Origin: Takakia lepidozioides
Lineage: Eukaryota; Plantae; Bryophyta
Direction: 5' to 3'
Assembly (NCBI GenBank): GCA_030704615.1
Contig: CM060732.1
Coordinates: 64,790,001 to 64,854,000 of the forward strand
DNA length: 64,000 bases
The position numbers and the translations under genes were made by a program. A model generated the notes under the pieces. The model was given only the letters and a program-made list of their open reading frames with translations. It was not told the origin of the DNA and did no database searches. This document shows, piece by piece, positions 13,121 through 25,810 of the stretch. Position 1 is the first letter of the stretch, and every line of letters starts with the position of its first letter.

Positions 13121-14350
13121 ATGAGTCGGCTTCTTTGTTGTTTCAGAACAGGCAAGGTCAACACAAGTAATGACAATGTTGAAAACAATGCAAAAGAGAA
13201 TGGACATACAGTGAATGGTCAAGAGAATCAAAGCAGTGGAGCTGAAGAGATTAAGAAGACCACGAGCACGGGAGGTCGGCTATCAAAAGGGGGAAATCAG
13301 AGTCCGGTATTGGTGGAGCTTTTCACAGCGCAGGGATGTAGCTCATGCCTGTCTGCCGATCTTGAATTTTCCAGGTTAGGGCAGGGCCAGGCGCAAGATA
13401 TTGCAGGCGATGTGCCCGTCTTGACTCTAGCATATCACGTAGATTATTGGAATCACCTTGGCTGGCATGATCCGTTTGCCAGTAGTGCATGGACACTGAG
13501 GCAGAGGTGGTATGGACAGTCATTGCAGCAGGATACCATATATACACCAGAGATGGTGGTGCAGGGCAGCGCTCATTGCATTGCGTCAAATTCTGAGTCT
13601 GCTGCGGCGCTCATACGCTCCGCACCACGCTTTCCCACCCCGGATGTCCATGTAAGTTTCGTTTCACTTCCAATTGTCTCTATGCACTTGCGTCTTGGCA
13701 TATCATAAACCTGGGAGGATGTCCTGGATTTTTCTGAGACAGCACCCATGGACCTTATTGCCTTGAATTGTTCGAGAGGCCATGAACAGTTTTATTTGAG
13801 AGAGCTCTGTGCCCTCGTCTATGTCCTTTGTCCTCTCGAATGAGTCTTCTTTCAGACAAGGTTATTATGGTAGTGCACGATTGAATAGAAGGGAGGTAAT
13901 GGGTAATGGAGACACCAGCATGGAGAGAGTCCAGAGCTTGATGCAGTTCCATTGACCAGTTTTATTGCTGTGTGCGCATTTAAACAGGCCACTTTTGAAA
14001 GGCTATCCTCTTCTTCATTGCGAGTTTCACTCACTATTTCGCTGAAGAAAAAGGTGGACAAGCACAGCCTGGACGTTATGCTGGCAATCTATGAGAATGG
14101 GTTGGTTACAGACTGTATGGCTGGTGAGAACAGGGGAAAGCTGCTTACTAATGATTTTGTGGTGAAGGGGTTAGAGAAAGCATGTACACTTCAGGACTTG
14201 CCAGCTAAGAAGGCCGTCACTGGGCAGGTGGAGTTTCAACTCTGGAGAGGATTCTCCAGATCAAAAAGTGGGATTGTTCTTTTCTTACAGAACCCTGCAA
14301 CGTTGGAAATCCATGGTTCTGAGCAACTTGACTTACCTGACACTATATGA
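13121..14350 (+). CDS. DUF1223 thioredoxin-fold protein; exons 13121-13651 and 13988-14350
   Basis: PVLVELFTAQGCSSC, LAYHVDYWN.LGW.DPF, IYTPEMVVQG and GENRGK.L.NDFVV motifs; phase-0 GT-AG intron joins the two ORFs in frame. Confidence 0.92.
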
Positions 14351-17300
14351 TTTCCAATCCAGACCCTTCCTTTTCTAACTCATATGGGGTTTGCTTTCAA
14401 TTGCAGTACAATCTCAGAATTAGTGGTAGCCCATTCATAGCAGAGTGTGTTGAAAGTAGCACAACCATTCATTCAGTGTGCGCGAGTCTTGGTGGATGTG
14501 AAAAGATGAGGAGGATCCCAGTAGATCTCGAGCAGATCAAGTATCTCATTTGGTTTGTTTTTTAGCCTCATGGAAATTGCTTTGAGTTTCTTTTGGTGCA
14601 GAAGTGAGCAGTGAAGTGTACTGTATTTCATCTTGTAATTTTCAGGTCCTGTTTCCTGGAACTTCGCTCCACACTTTGCATGCATGTTTAAAGGTCACAA
14701 GCTTCCTACTGCTAGGATTCTTCTACTGTGCTATAATGGTCCTGGTCTCATGACAGCTAGTCCTCTACCAAAGGTAGGGTAAGTAAATTGGTCCTTGCAG
14801 TTCGCAGTTCGGTTGCTTAAGAAGACCTTTAGAGTGTTTCATTGTTATTGATTACCTTACAGCTGCGCGGCAGTCTTCTCTATGAAAAGCGCAGGACGTG
14901 AGTTCGGCAATAGCTATGTCCATTCTGTGCAAGTCTACATGAACTCCAGGCTAAGGATATATCTGGCTAGATTTGGTCCCTCCCTTTTTACCTGCCTACT
15001 GCTTGGGCTCCAGTCTAAAGATGACGGTGATTTCAATACTGGTCCTTAACCAACACATGACTTCCTGAAACCTATGTGTAATTGCCCAGTTTCCAGTGAG
15101 AAAATTGCATGATGAGCTAGTCTCTGGGTAGTAGTTGCCGCATCACATTTGCCTTACAATTGCCCTTAAATGTTTCTTTTCTAATATGCTGCAAGTTAAT
15201 TTAGGTCAGCAAGGGAGTGCCGCAGCTGCTTCGCAAGAGTGACTGAATTTTTTACTCCAAATAAGTCCAATGTTGTACAGGTGCTTTTCCACAAGTTCAA
15301 AACAGTTAACAATATTGAATGCTGTCTGAGGTTGTGATTGGAATACATGTAGCTCTGGATGTGATTGGAGGTTAATGTTGGAAAGAGTGTATCTTGCATG
15401 TCTAATTTAGACAACATGTCATAGTATACACCAGTGGCCCCTAGACTGTTCATAGCTTCAAGTAAGGTCTGCTGGCAAACTAAATTTTCTGAAAATACTT
15501 CATGGAGTGGCTGGATTGTCATCACAGCTCAGGCCACAGGAAACTTGTTAAAGCTGGCCCTAAAATAATAGGAACTGAAAGTCAGCTAGAAGTACAATTT
15601 GCTAGCTAGCAAACTGCAACAACTTTACTGCTCAATTCAGATTAGATATTCCTGCACCCATTTTGTAGTTGAATTGTAAAAGAGTATACAGGCATCCTAT
15701 GAATTAAGTTCCATTTGGAGGCACTTCAATAGCTTAGGTGATACTTTGGTGTTTTTCTCTAGAACTACCTAGTGAAGATGCTAACACTTCAGCAGCCACA
15801 CCTACAGCTGGTGACCACCTAGTCCACAGCAAAATGATGGGAATGCTTATTAGAAATGCTGCAGCGTTCCAAAACCATGGCCCTTAATATGAGAAAACAA
15901 GACGAACTGCCTACTGAAGTGCAGGCGTTTGATGTTGCATCCAATGCGCATGGAACACGGTCCCCACTACACACCTATCATTTTCATTTTCTTGCTCACT
16001 GTAAGGCTGCCAAGACCAATTATGCATAGGCGAGTAGCTCTGCCATTTCATGCAAAAGAATCTAGCATGAACAAATTGTGGGAAGGACCATGTATCTCAA
16101 CTGTGAAATGGGACTCCCTAGAAATTCAGGTAAGCAATTTTGTCACAAGACCATGGCTTTCTAAGACCCATCCCTCTCATTCTGCACCAACCATTTGGTC
16201 AACATGAATGGCTTGGAGTAGCCCCACAACTGTCATAGATGAGTACTACCCCTGCCATCCACATCAAGATAACCTGTGAAGTGGAACCTTCCCAGAACTT
16301 CCACTGGGGATCCAAATCATAGTAAGTGCAACTCTAATTCTGCAAATGCACTTATTATTGGCTGGATAAGGCACATCAATCTTCACATAAGAGAACCACC
16401 GTTTCCATACCCTACTACTGTAAGGGTCTCCGAGCACCTGCTCATGCAAGTCCATTTCCCACCAAGATGTCTGAACATGGATGTCCACAAGGATGTTGAA
16501 CTAACAAAAGCCAGCATATTAGACCTCCTCACACATTATTCTGGAACGATTGGTTTGGCCAATGTCAAAAAGAGGAAAGCAGCGCCTACTGTTTCAGAGG
16601 AGAGAATCAGGGTGGTGACACTCGTACCCACAGGTGGGCTAAAGGATATTCAATACCTGATAGTTAGTGATGCCTGCCTCGAAGGCTGCCGAGCCCACAG
16701 CACTGCAAAAAGGTGGACTCCAATTTTCCTTCAGAAGTTGGTGCTGCCATGATGAATTTTAGATAGATCATGCATGTCCTTGAGGGTCTCTCTAGCTGAG
16801 CAGGACTCAAGACCTGTGGGTGCCAACCCTGCCTTCACAAGAGACAATCTCCTTAATGACCAGAATGGTAACAGCAAACCAGCATGCTCATCCTATGTCC
16901 ATACCATGTCCATAGACTGTATACTGGTCTCACTGCAACATCTACCTCACTAACAAAGCTTGGGATGCAGGTGCTTGTTAACAACCACATACAGTGCCCG
17001 CTGTGAAGAACAAACCCTGGTGGGAACCCAGGGTTCTGAGATGGTAGACCTGCCAATGTCCTTTAGCACCCTCCAGCTACGAGTAATGACGAGTGTTCCA
17101 TTAGATATAGGCACACTTCGCTGGGATGGTATTTCAAGTTAACCCATGGATTAGAGCTTACCATTGGGCTGCTACCTGCTCGGCTCAATTAGCATCTGGA
17201 ATACTAGAGTGCCTACATGCCAAGGTCTGGTCTACCAAAAGAACCCTAGAGTTCAGACCCAAATTCACAATTCCAGACTGTAATACCGGGTTTCCAAGTA

Positions 17301-18269
17301 TGGAATCAGTGGGGCAGCCTGTATGGCACTTGAATGCCAGCAGCCAGGTCTAGTGGTAGGCAAAGTGCCTCCACCTGAACAAAGGAGGTTACCTCTTTGA
17401 CAATGTACTAGATATCACACAATAACCCTAGAGCAGAAGGACCAATGGGCCTGAAGTCTGCATATGATAGTTGTTTAGTGGTCATTGCTGGAAGGTCACT
17501 GGAAACTTCCACCCATGACAAATTAGGATGACATTGTGGCTCTGTCGAGGCCAAGAAGCTCTCAACTCTCAGCCAAGTAGGGATATGGCAACCTACACTA
17601 AGCAGTTCTCTAAAGATTACCATCTTCCCACCCCTCCTTTTGACAGCTGGGCACCAGTACCAACAATATAAAAGGACAAAATGTGGCGGTAAATAACTCT
17701 CGGAAATAGACACGTTGACTAAGTAAAACAATATTTTCTTTGCAGTGATGCATATTTTTTGTGTGTTTCCCAAGTAAAATAAAGAAACAACTTCAACATC
17801 CTCTCTATAAACACAGCTATTTGGTAGATTAATTTGCAGCACCTCCTCTTGAGTAGATGATCCCAAGCCTCTCAGACTAGTGAGCCTGACCTAAAGAGGT
17901 CCGCCTGCAATAGTCAACCCTCCAGACATCCCTAGACAAGTTTGAAGACTGCAAATGGAAGGCCCTGAATTCAACCTAATTCCAAGGAAAAAAAGCACTA
18001 CAGTGCCCAAAAAAGGCATCTGCTTCCCACCCTCTAACGAAATTGTAAGGCTTGCTTGTGGATTCTCTTGCATGCGAATGAAACCACTGCCTGGACAACC
18101 ATCTCCAAAGGCTGAACATATTATAGCCACTTACCAAGGCACCCACACCACATATGCAGTGCCTCCTCAGTGAGGTCTAGGCAATACAGATATGCAGCAG
18201 CCAGAGAGAACCCTTTGCCCCTCCAAATTCAGCTTGCCACCTGTCCATGCACATGGTACTGGTAAAGTG

Positions 18270-19634
18270 CTAGTCCAAATCCTCTTGCCTGGCTTCAAAC
18301 ATGATGTGATCTCCATCGTCATCAGTCCTTTGTGCTCCTGATGACTGATTGGGAGCCCCTGATGGGGACCCATTTGTAGGAGCCCCTGCACCTGATGCTG
18401 AGGTCTCTGCTAGGCCACTTGGTGGGGGTGCTGGAGGAGGGGCAGATGTGCGGAAAGGCCAGGGAAGATGGAATGAGATTCTCCTCCCAGAGGCCCCACC
18501 ACTAGGTACTGGAGCTGGTGGGTTGCCTGTCTGTGGAGCACCCGAAATCCCTGATCCCGGCACAGTTGCAGCTGCGCTGGATCCTGCATCATTACCACTT
18601 TCACTCCCTGTTTCACTTGGAAACCTGCCCCCAAACCCTGCTGGACTGCCCCAATGTGTGAATCCACCGGCAGTGACCCCACCTCCCTCTTCCCCAACCC
18701 CACCCATGCCAAAAGTGTGTGTAGGGGGGAAGGGTGGTGCAGGTGGGTTAGATTGCTGGGAAGTGCGAGCTTGGTTGTAATCAACGTCATCAGTAGGCAT
18801 CTCGTACCGACACACGGGGCACGAGTTGTGCTGAGCCAGCCATGGCAGAATACAATCTGAATGATACATGTGCTTGCAAGGCATCTGCCGCACATGGGCA
18901 CCAACCTCAAATTCATCTTTGCAGACAGCACACTGTGCAGCATCAGTCCCCAAATGTTCTTCAGAAATTTGGATTGTAGGCATTGCTTCAATTGCCGACT
19001 TTGATGCCGGAGGTGCACCATACCTGTTGGGGTCATTCTCTGCCAGCTGCTGGATAAGCTGATCAAGACCTGGCCCTAAAAAATAGTCACCGAAATTCCC
19101 CGGCAACCTCCTAGGGATTCCTGTACCATTGTCAAAGAAAACCTCGACGTTTCCCCCGCCCCCCAAGAAATTTTGCATTTGACCCTGCAGCAAAAGCATG
19201 GGATTGAACGCTGTGTTATCGCCACCAGTTGCCCTCGCTCTGGTTCCCTCCCCACCTGCCTCTGGCTCCCCTTCATTGCCACCTTGTGGCATTTGCTGTA
19301 GCACAGCCGACATGGCTTCCAAAACCTGGAGAAATGCTGGGTAGCCCCCTGGAAAAATCCGATTTCCTCTTTGCCCAGGTTGAACGCGCCGAAAGCCTGC
19401 TGGCACACCACCTGTCCCATCGGCCTGGCCTCGGGCATTCCCAGGAGGGTCGACATCCCCTGCAGTTGCATTATAAAATGGTGGGGCGGGAGCATTTGGC
19501 AACTCCTCACCTGCAGGAACCTCCTCAACAAACCCACCGTTGCATATGGGACAGATTATCTCATCTCTCCCCGCTTGTGCGATAGTTCGATTACATTGAT
19601 AGCACCAGTACGAGGCTCCTCCCACCGACGTCAT
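18270..19634 (-). CDS. BTL/RNF126-like RING-H2 E3 ubiquitin ligase, 454 aa
   Basis: N-terminal BZF zinc ribbon YWCYQC...CPICNGGFVEE, GDYFLGPGLDQLIQQLAENDP and RING-H2 CAVC...CKHMYHSDCILPWL...CPVC. Confidence 0.95.
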   Translation of the reverse strand: MTSVGGASYWCYQCNRTIAQAGRDEIICPICNGGFVEEVPAGEELPNAPAPPFYNATAGDVDPPGNARGQADGTGGVPAGFRRVQPGQRGNRIFPGGYPAFLQVLEAMSAVLQQMPQGGNEGEPEAGGEGTRARATGGDNTAFNPMLLLQGQMQNFLGGGGNVEVFFDNGTGIPRRLPGNFGDYFLGPGLDQLIQQLAENDPNRYGAPPASKSAIEAMPTIQISEEHLGTDAAQCAVCKDEFEVGAHVRQMPCKHMYHSDCILPWLAQHNSCPVCRYEMPTDDVDYNQARTSQQSNPPAPPFPPTHTFGMGGVGEEGGGVTAGGFTHWGSPAGFGGRFPSETGSESGNDAGSSAAATVPGSGISGAPQTGNPPAPVPSGGASGRRISFHLPWPFRTSAPPPAPPPSGLAETSASGAGAPTNGSPSGAPNQSSGAQRTDDDGDHIMFEARQEDLD

Positions 19635-20498
19635 CTATTCTTCACAAAACGGCTGGTCACCTCCCTGCTGTGTCAGAGTCTCGTATCAAAGGTAACAATC
19701 ACACAGGTTGGTGTAACCGACTTCAAACAAACCGATGCGCGTCGCACAGAAGATTTGCCACCAAGTTTGCAGAATTAATGTATGATCTAGCCGCTCCCTC
19801 CCACTAACCCTCAGAGAAAATCCGAGATCAAAGGATGTGGCAGTTACCAAATCAAGTAAACGCTCTCGCAAGTCCTACGACTAAGCTGTGGTTGATGCAG
19901 ACGAAAACAACCAACGCTGATTAATCACAAGGTGCACTCCAGTAGCAGCACATGGTCATGTCGGTTTCACGGCTTTTGCTGAATCCCCATAACCCGCATA
20001 CCACCGACTTACGATGTGCCACATGCTCCCACCCGTGCCAATCTCTTCCTATCACTTCATCCTCGACCTCCTCGCATGCCTATCCTTCTCGGGTATGATT
20101 TCGGATCCCCTCCCCCTCCCGTTCCTGCCCTTCTGCACGCACCAACCTCCTCCGCACTTACGACAAACCAAAAGGCAAGGGATAGCAACAAAAAATACAA
20201 AAAAACTGGAGAATTTTCACAGTGCCACAGCAACATGCATCCCCTCACCAGCCCCGACAGATCCACCACCGCAACGCCAGAGCCAAGCCCTCCCACCACG
20301 AAGATCTCGAGAGCTCCTGCGAGGCAGCGATGGCGCTGATGAGGTAACTTACGACCTCCTCCCTGCCACCCATGTGCTGCCCCCATCCATGCATCCATGC
20401 ATCCATTCAGCCCCGTCTCATCCATCCATCCGCCGGGTGGCATCCACAGATTCGTAATACGTCAAAAAGAGAAAAACAAAAAAAAGTAATAAAGAGTA

Positions 20499-21739
20499 CC
20501 ATACTTACCTAGCTTATTAGGCACTTATAAAGTTGGAATATTATTAGGCAGGCCGCAGATTCGTTTATATTATTTAGGCACCTCACCTAGGTATTTTCCA
20601 AACATTAGGCATATATTAACCCTGGATTAAACCATGTATTAACCCATGTATTAACCCTGGATAAATGTTACCTGCTTTTTTGTTATGTCACGCTTATTCA
20701 GTTTCGGTGTGAGGCTATGAGAGCCAATTTTACAGAGCCTTTGTTTACAACCACAGTTCTTCAAGTGGAAGTAGAAATGACTCTTAGTTGCTGAGAGGTA
20801 CCAGATTTCTATCTTGATGTTGAGGTGGTGGAGAGCATGAGTCGTTACCTTGGAAATTTGCACATTGAAAACTCAGATGTACTTGATTTGAATGGGGATG
20901 AAGACTTCAGTGATGAGCATATGTAGGATGTTCGAGACTCATTGGAAGGTCCTTTGGAGGTTGTATGGACCTAGGGAGTTGGCCTATACTTTTTGAACGT
21001 TTATGGAGGCATTTGTTTTTTGTTTTCAATAAAATTATATAGAGTAGGATTTTTTTAGACAATTTAACACTTTAATATTAATTTTCCAACCTTTTACGCA
21101 TAAATCTTGAAAAATCATAGATTTGCTTAGGCACTCTTTTTTTAATTTAATTTGTGCCTAATCTGCTATGAACCTATGGTAGGTAATTTCCAAACATTAG
21201 GAATTTTTTTTCTTAAACATGTATTACAGTCGACCCTGGATAAATGTTACCTGCTTTTTTGTTATGTCTCCTTAATGTTATGAAATCTTTGCTTCTTAAA
21301 AATTTACACTTGAATATGGCATGACTAGAGTGTTACAAACATGCAATATCGAGGATGATGATGTTCCTGACCTTAACATTCTCTCACATTCAAAAGATTC
21401 CAATGCGATAGGTGATGAGACTTATGAGGATGTAGTTGGATCGATGGAGGGCCTTTTTGAAGTTGTGTACATGAAATTTTAAATAGTAAGCATTTTTGCC
21501 ATTTTTGGCTTTAAATAATACAATTTAAGCATTTTTCCACATATTTGGATATTTTGGTATTTTTTTCATAATTTTCGAGCAATTAGGCACTTCTCAGGAA
21601 TTTTTTTCGAAGTCTTAGGCAGATTTTCCAAAAATGTTCTAAATTTAATTAGAATTTTAATTAATTTAAATTTAATTTAAATTAAAAAAATTAAATGTCA
21701 TTTGAATTAATTATTGCCTAATAAGCTAGAAAAGTACGG
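20499..21739. mobile_element. Tc1/mariner/pogo-like non-autonomous element
   Basis: ~25-bp TIRs CC(A/G)TACTT..CTAGCTTATTAGGCA flanked by TA on both sides (20497-98, 21740-41); AT-rich interior with internal repeats. Confidence 0.8.
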
Positions 21740-22715
21740 TATCATCGGTGGTGTTTGTTTTAAAAAAAATTAAATTGTTTTATTACAGTGGATCAACCTG
21801 GCTCAACTTTCATGGATAAGTATGTAAACAATCATTTCCACCCCATGACATCTCTCAAAATAGAATAGAAGCCATGGTCATCATCCCATGGCCTACATGC
21901 GATGATGCATGGCTGATGCAGGGTGCGAGACAGTCCTTGTGGGCCAGCCGCCATGGCTGCCGCCCACGAAAGAGAGAGCGCGATCTCTGACCCACCAGCT
22001 GTGCAGCGCTGTGGCCGCAACGTACGAGACGATAAAGATAGTTACGAGGGAAGACAATTGTGTAGAGCAGAACGCAGAAATTCAAAAGCTGCTTGGTTAT
22101 TCGTGAAAGAAAGTTCGGATTCCTACACAAGAGGGGAAGGAAGTGAGGCTTTTTAGATCGACGTCCACAGCGATGACGTATAGCTTGCCTTTGTAGTTGA
22201 GGTGTTGGAGTGTATGATTATGGGGCGGGGGATTGATCGATTGAGCTTGTTGTCGTTGGAGATGGTTCACCCGTGGCAATTTAGGTGGCGTTTTGGGTGA
22301 CGGCAACTCATGATAGGTATGCATCAAACCTTTCTGTCTCTCGTCATGTCTCGCATCCAGGAGCTTGGATCTCTGGTGCATGCTGAACCTTGGGTGATGA
22401 GCTTCTGGATCAAGTGAGGAGAAGTCTATGTGTTTGAAATCTGGGAAGTTTAACGACAGAAAGCAGGAAATGTTGATTGTCGAATGACAGACCTAAATTG
22501 TTAGCTGTTACATGCGACCATTTTCTATGATTAAGATTGAAATCTTGACAACACGGTATTTGAGGAGAGTGTGAAAGCTATGGTAGAATGCTCTGACTCT
22601 GGGTTTTAAATTCTCGGGGTTTATGGTTTGTTGTCTCTAATGGCGATAGTTCTCAGGATTTGATCTGAAGAGATGGAGAAGGAGCGCATGCATTAAGCAT
22701 GGCACGCGCGGGGTC

Positions 22716-23150
22716 ATGCTTGCCTTGCGCCGCCTCTACCCAGGCATGTTCTGGAGGTGCCCTCACAAGCCTCCCCGAGGCTACGCCGCTTGCCTGTATA
22801 CTGAAAACTTCACGAATGTGTTGGCTGTACACTTCGTACTATCTGCATTATGCAAAACGCATTGGATTGCGGTTTGTTTCAAACAGTTTCAAGCCAGTTG
22901 CGGGGCAGTGGAAACCAGTGGAGGCAAACGGGGTTGACGCACAGGGGGTCGGCTATGTGGAGGTGGAGCGCAATGAGTGGCCACGTTCATTCGGGGTCAG
23001 ATTCACCAAGGGAATTGCAAGCACGGTGCACCTTATTGGCTGTGTGGGCAATGACATGACCATCGAGTACTCGAATGGTGTGTTGGGAAATCCAGTCTGC
23101 TGAAAGTACTAGTAGGCTGGACCTCTTGGCAGTTCGTTACCTCAATTTGG
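22716..23150 (+). pseudogene. 5' fragment of an organellar ssDNA-binding protein (OSB-like) gene, frameshifted
   Basis: Transit-like MLALRRLYPGMFWR..., then WPRS...KGIASTVHLIGCVG and GWT.LAVR in shifted frames, resembling the OSB segment ELANTVHLIG.VG...VAWTRLAV. Confidence 0.55.
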
Positions 23151-23740
23151 AAGAGAGTCCTGAGTCCCTTTGCCTGATGACAGCGTCAGAACATTTGCTT
23201 CATGAATAGGACTTATAATTAAAAGAATGATGTCTCAGGTGCAGCTGCCAGTGATCTATTTTTTCCCACTCTAGGACCCTTGATGAAATTGGCTACTGCC
23301 AAATCTCATGCTCTTTGTAGTTCTTGCATGCAGGTCGGGTAAAGACCAAAGACACTTTCCAGCAAGGAAAGTGCTTCTCAGATCCTTTACAGTGGTGGGG
23401 CAACAGGTCTGATGAGGTGAGGCTATCTTCACTTTGGATCTGAAAGAGTTTGTTGAGGAGGGCTCCTGACTACAGTCGACATGATGTTTTCATGGACTGG
23501 ACTGTATCTCCAGTCCTTAGATCAGGACATTTTTTCTTGCCATCATGAAAACAGAGCAAGTGCCCTCCTAACTCTTACTATCAGTAAGCTGTTTGAAAGA
23601 AGGTTGTTGTTCTCTGTAATTTGAAACTGGTTGTATAGGCATGGTATATATGAGGTGCGGGTGGAGCTATGGCTGCTGAGTAGTGGTTCTAACAGAAGAG
23701 TCCAAGATCACGAGCCGAGTGCACAAACCCATCCCTCCGG

Positions 23741-25810
23741 ATGAAGGCTTGGCGGAAAGCCGCACTATGTGCCAGAGGTCAAGCACAATCTGTTGAGGAA
23801 GTCGACAATAACTCTTGTGGGGATGTGAGGACAATATGTAAGGCAGGGCAACTGAAACAGGCACTGCTTATTTTGAATAATCAAGGCATCTTGGCAGACT
23901 CCAATACATATGTTTGTCTCTTGCGGGAGTGCATCAAAAGTGAAAATCTTGAAATGGGAAGGGAGGTGCATGCCAACATTGTCCAAAATGGATTCAAGCC
24001 AAACATCTTTCTCCTCAACACCCTTGTCCACATGTATGCCAAGTGTGGTAGCGTGGTGGATGCACGTCTAGTGTTTGACAAAATGGCTGAACGAGATGTG
24101 TTTACCTGGACTATGATGATGGCAGGATATTCTCAGTGTGGATGTGGTAGGGAGGCTTTAGCGATCTATGAGCAAATGATTCAGGAAGGGTTCATCCCCA
24201 ACAATGTCACGTTCATTTGCGTTCTCAAGGCCTGTGCCAGCCTAGGTGCCCTGGAAAAGGGAAAAGAGGTACATGCTAGCATCATCAAATCTGGAATTGC
24301 ATCAGATATCATTCTGGAGACTGCCCTTGTTACCATGTATACCAAATGCGGGAGCATAAGGGAAGCATGTCAAGTGTTCAACAACATGGCTCAAAGAAAT
24401 GTGGTTTCATGGAGTGCAATGATTGCAGGATATGCTCAGCTTGGGTGTGGCAGGGAGGCTTTGGAGATCTATCAGCAAATGATAAGGCAAGGAGTGACTC
24501 CTAACAAGGTCACGTTCATCTGCGTCCTCAATGCGTGTGCTAGCCTGGCAGTCCTGAAAAAGGGCAAAGAGGTTCATTCTGTCATCCTCAAAGCTGGAAT
24601 CCCGACCGATATCATTCTCGAGACTGCCCTTGTTGACATGTATGCCAAATGTGGGAGCATGAAGGATGCATTTGAAGTGTTCAATAATATGGTCCAACGA
24701 AATGTGGTCTCATGGAGTGCGATGATAGCAGGATATGGTCGCGATGGGTGTGGTGGGGAAGCTTGGAAATTGTATGAGCAAATGGTCCAGGAAGGGGTGA
24801 TGCCTAATGAAGTCACGTTCATTTGTGTTCTCAATGTGTGTGCTAGTCTGGCAGATCTTGAAAAGGGCAAAGCAGTTCATGCTGATATTGTCAAAGCTGG
24901 AATTGCATCGTATATAGATTTGGAGAACACCCTTGTCGACATGTATGCGAAATGCGGGAGCTTGAAAGATGCACGCCAAGTCTTTGACGCTATGTCTCAC
25001 CGAAATGTGGCCTCATGGAATGCGATGATGGGAGGATATGGTCAACATGGGTGTGGTGTTGAGGCTTTTGAGATGTATGATCATATGATACAGGAAGGGG
25101 TGACACCAAACAAGGTCACCTTTATTTGCATTCTCAATGCATGCGCCAGCCTGTCGGCCTTGGAAAAGGGCAAAGAGTTCCATGCTGACATAATCAAAGC
25201 TGGAATTGAGCAAGATATTGTCCTCAGGACTGCTCTTGTCGTTATGTATGCCAAATGCGGGAACATGAGTGATGCACGTCAAGTGTTTGATGCAATAGCT
25301 CAACAAGATGTCGTATCGTGGAGTGCGATGATTGCAGGGTACGCTCAGCATGGGTGCGGTAGGGACGCCCTGCAACTATTCAACCAAATGCAACAGGAAG
25401 GTTGGAAACCTGATAGAATCACCTTTATGAGTGTTCTCTCTGCCTGTAGCCATGTGGGCCTGGTGGAGGAAGGCCTCCACTACTTTGACTTGATGATACG
25501 AGATCATGGCCTCACTCCTACAGTGGAGCATTTTGGATGCATAGTGGATCTTCTTGGTCGTGCAGGGCGATTGGATGAGGCAGAGGATTTTATTAATAAA
25601 ATGCCAGTGGAACCAGGTGCTGCAGTGTGGAGGGCTTTGCTTGGTGCCTGCAGAGTTTATGGCAATCTGGAGGTAGCAGAACGTGTGGCAGATTGCCATT
25701 TCAATTGGGATCCACAGAAAGCTGCAACTTATGTGCTGCTATCTGACAGTGGCAGATGCGACTATACAGGTATGATGCAGGACAAAGGTGTCATGAAGGA
25801 ACCTGGATGA
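23741..25810 (+). CDS. PLS-class PPR protein (RNA-editing type) with E1 and shortened E2, no DYW
   Basis: Five ~101-aa PLS triplets (MY.KCG, SW.AMIAGY, PNKVTF), S2 HFGCIVDLLGRAG and E1 VWRALLGAC; ends KEPG*. The true start may use an upstream exon. Confidence 0.93.
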   Translation: MKAWRKAALCARGQAQSVEEVDNNSCGDVRTICKAGQLKQALLILNNQGILADSNTYVCLLRECIKSENLEMGREVHANIVQNGFKPNIFLLNTLVHMYAKCGSVVDARLVFDKMAERDVFTWTMMMAGYSQCGCGREALAIYEQMIQEGFIPNNVTFICVLKACASLGALEKGKEVHASIIKSGIASDIILETALVTMYTKCGSIREACQVFNNMAQRNVVSWSAMIAGYAQLGCGREALEIYQQMIRQGVTPNKVTFICVLNACASLAVLKKGKEVHSVILKAGIPTDIILETALVDMYAKCGSMKDAFEVFNNMVQRNVVSWSAMIAGYGRDGCGGEAWKLYEQMVQEGVMPNEVTFICVLNVCASLADLEKGKAVHADIVKAGIASYIDLENTLVDMYAKCGSLKDARQVFDAMSHRNVASWNAMMGGYGQHGCGVEAFEMYDHMIQEGVTPNKVTFICILNACASLSALEKGKEFHADIIKAGIEQDIVLRTALVVMYAKCGNMSDARQVFDAIAQQDVVSWSAMIAGYAQHGCGRDALQLFNQMQQEGWKPDRITFMSVLSACSHVGLVEEGLHYFDLMIRDHGLTPTVEHFGCIVDLLGRAGRLDEAEDFINKMPVEPGAAVWRALLGACRVYGNLEVAERVADCHFNWDPQKAATYVLLSDSGRCDYTGMMQDKGVMKEPG

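Noticed and set aside
12620-13231. 203-aa minus-strand ORF
   Set aside because: Antisense to the DUF1223 5' region with no domain features.
15900-18200. ORFs such as 16276-16752, or a very old LINE relic
   Set aside because: No recognisable motif in any frame; hints of zf-RVT/RNase H are too weak.
18349-19778. Long plus-strand and alternative-frame ORFs
   Set aside because: Shadows of the GC-rich RING gene.
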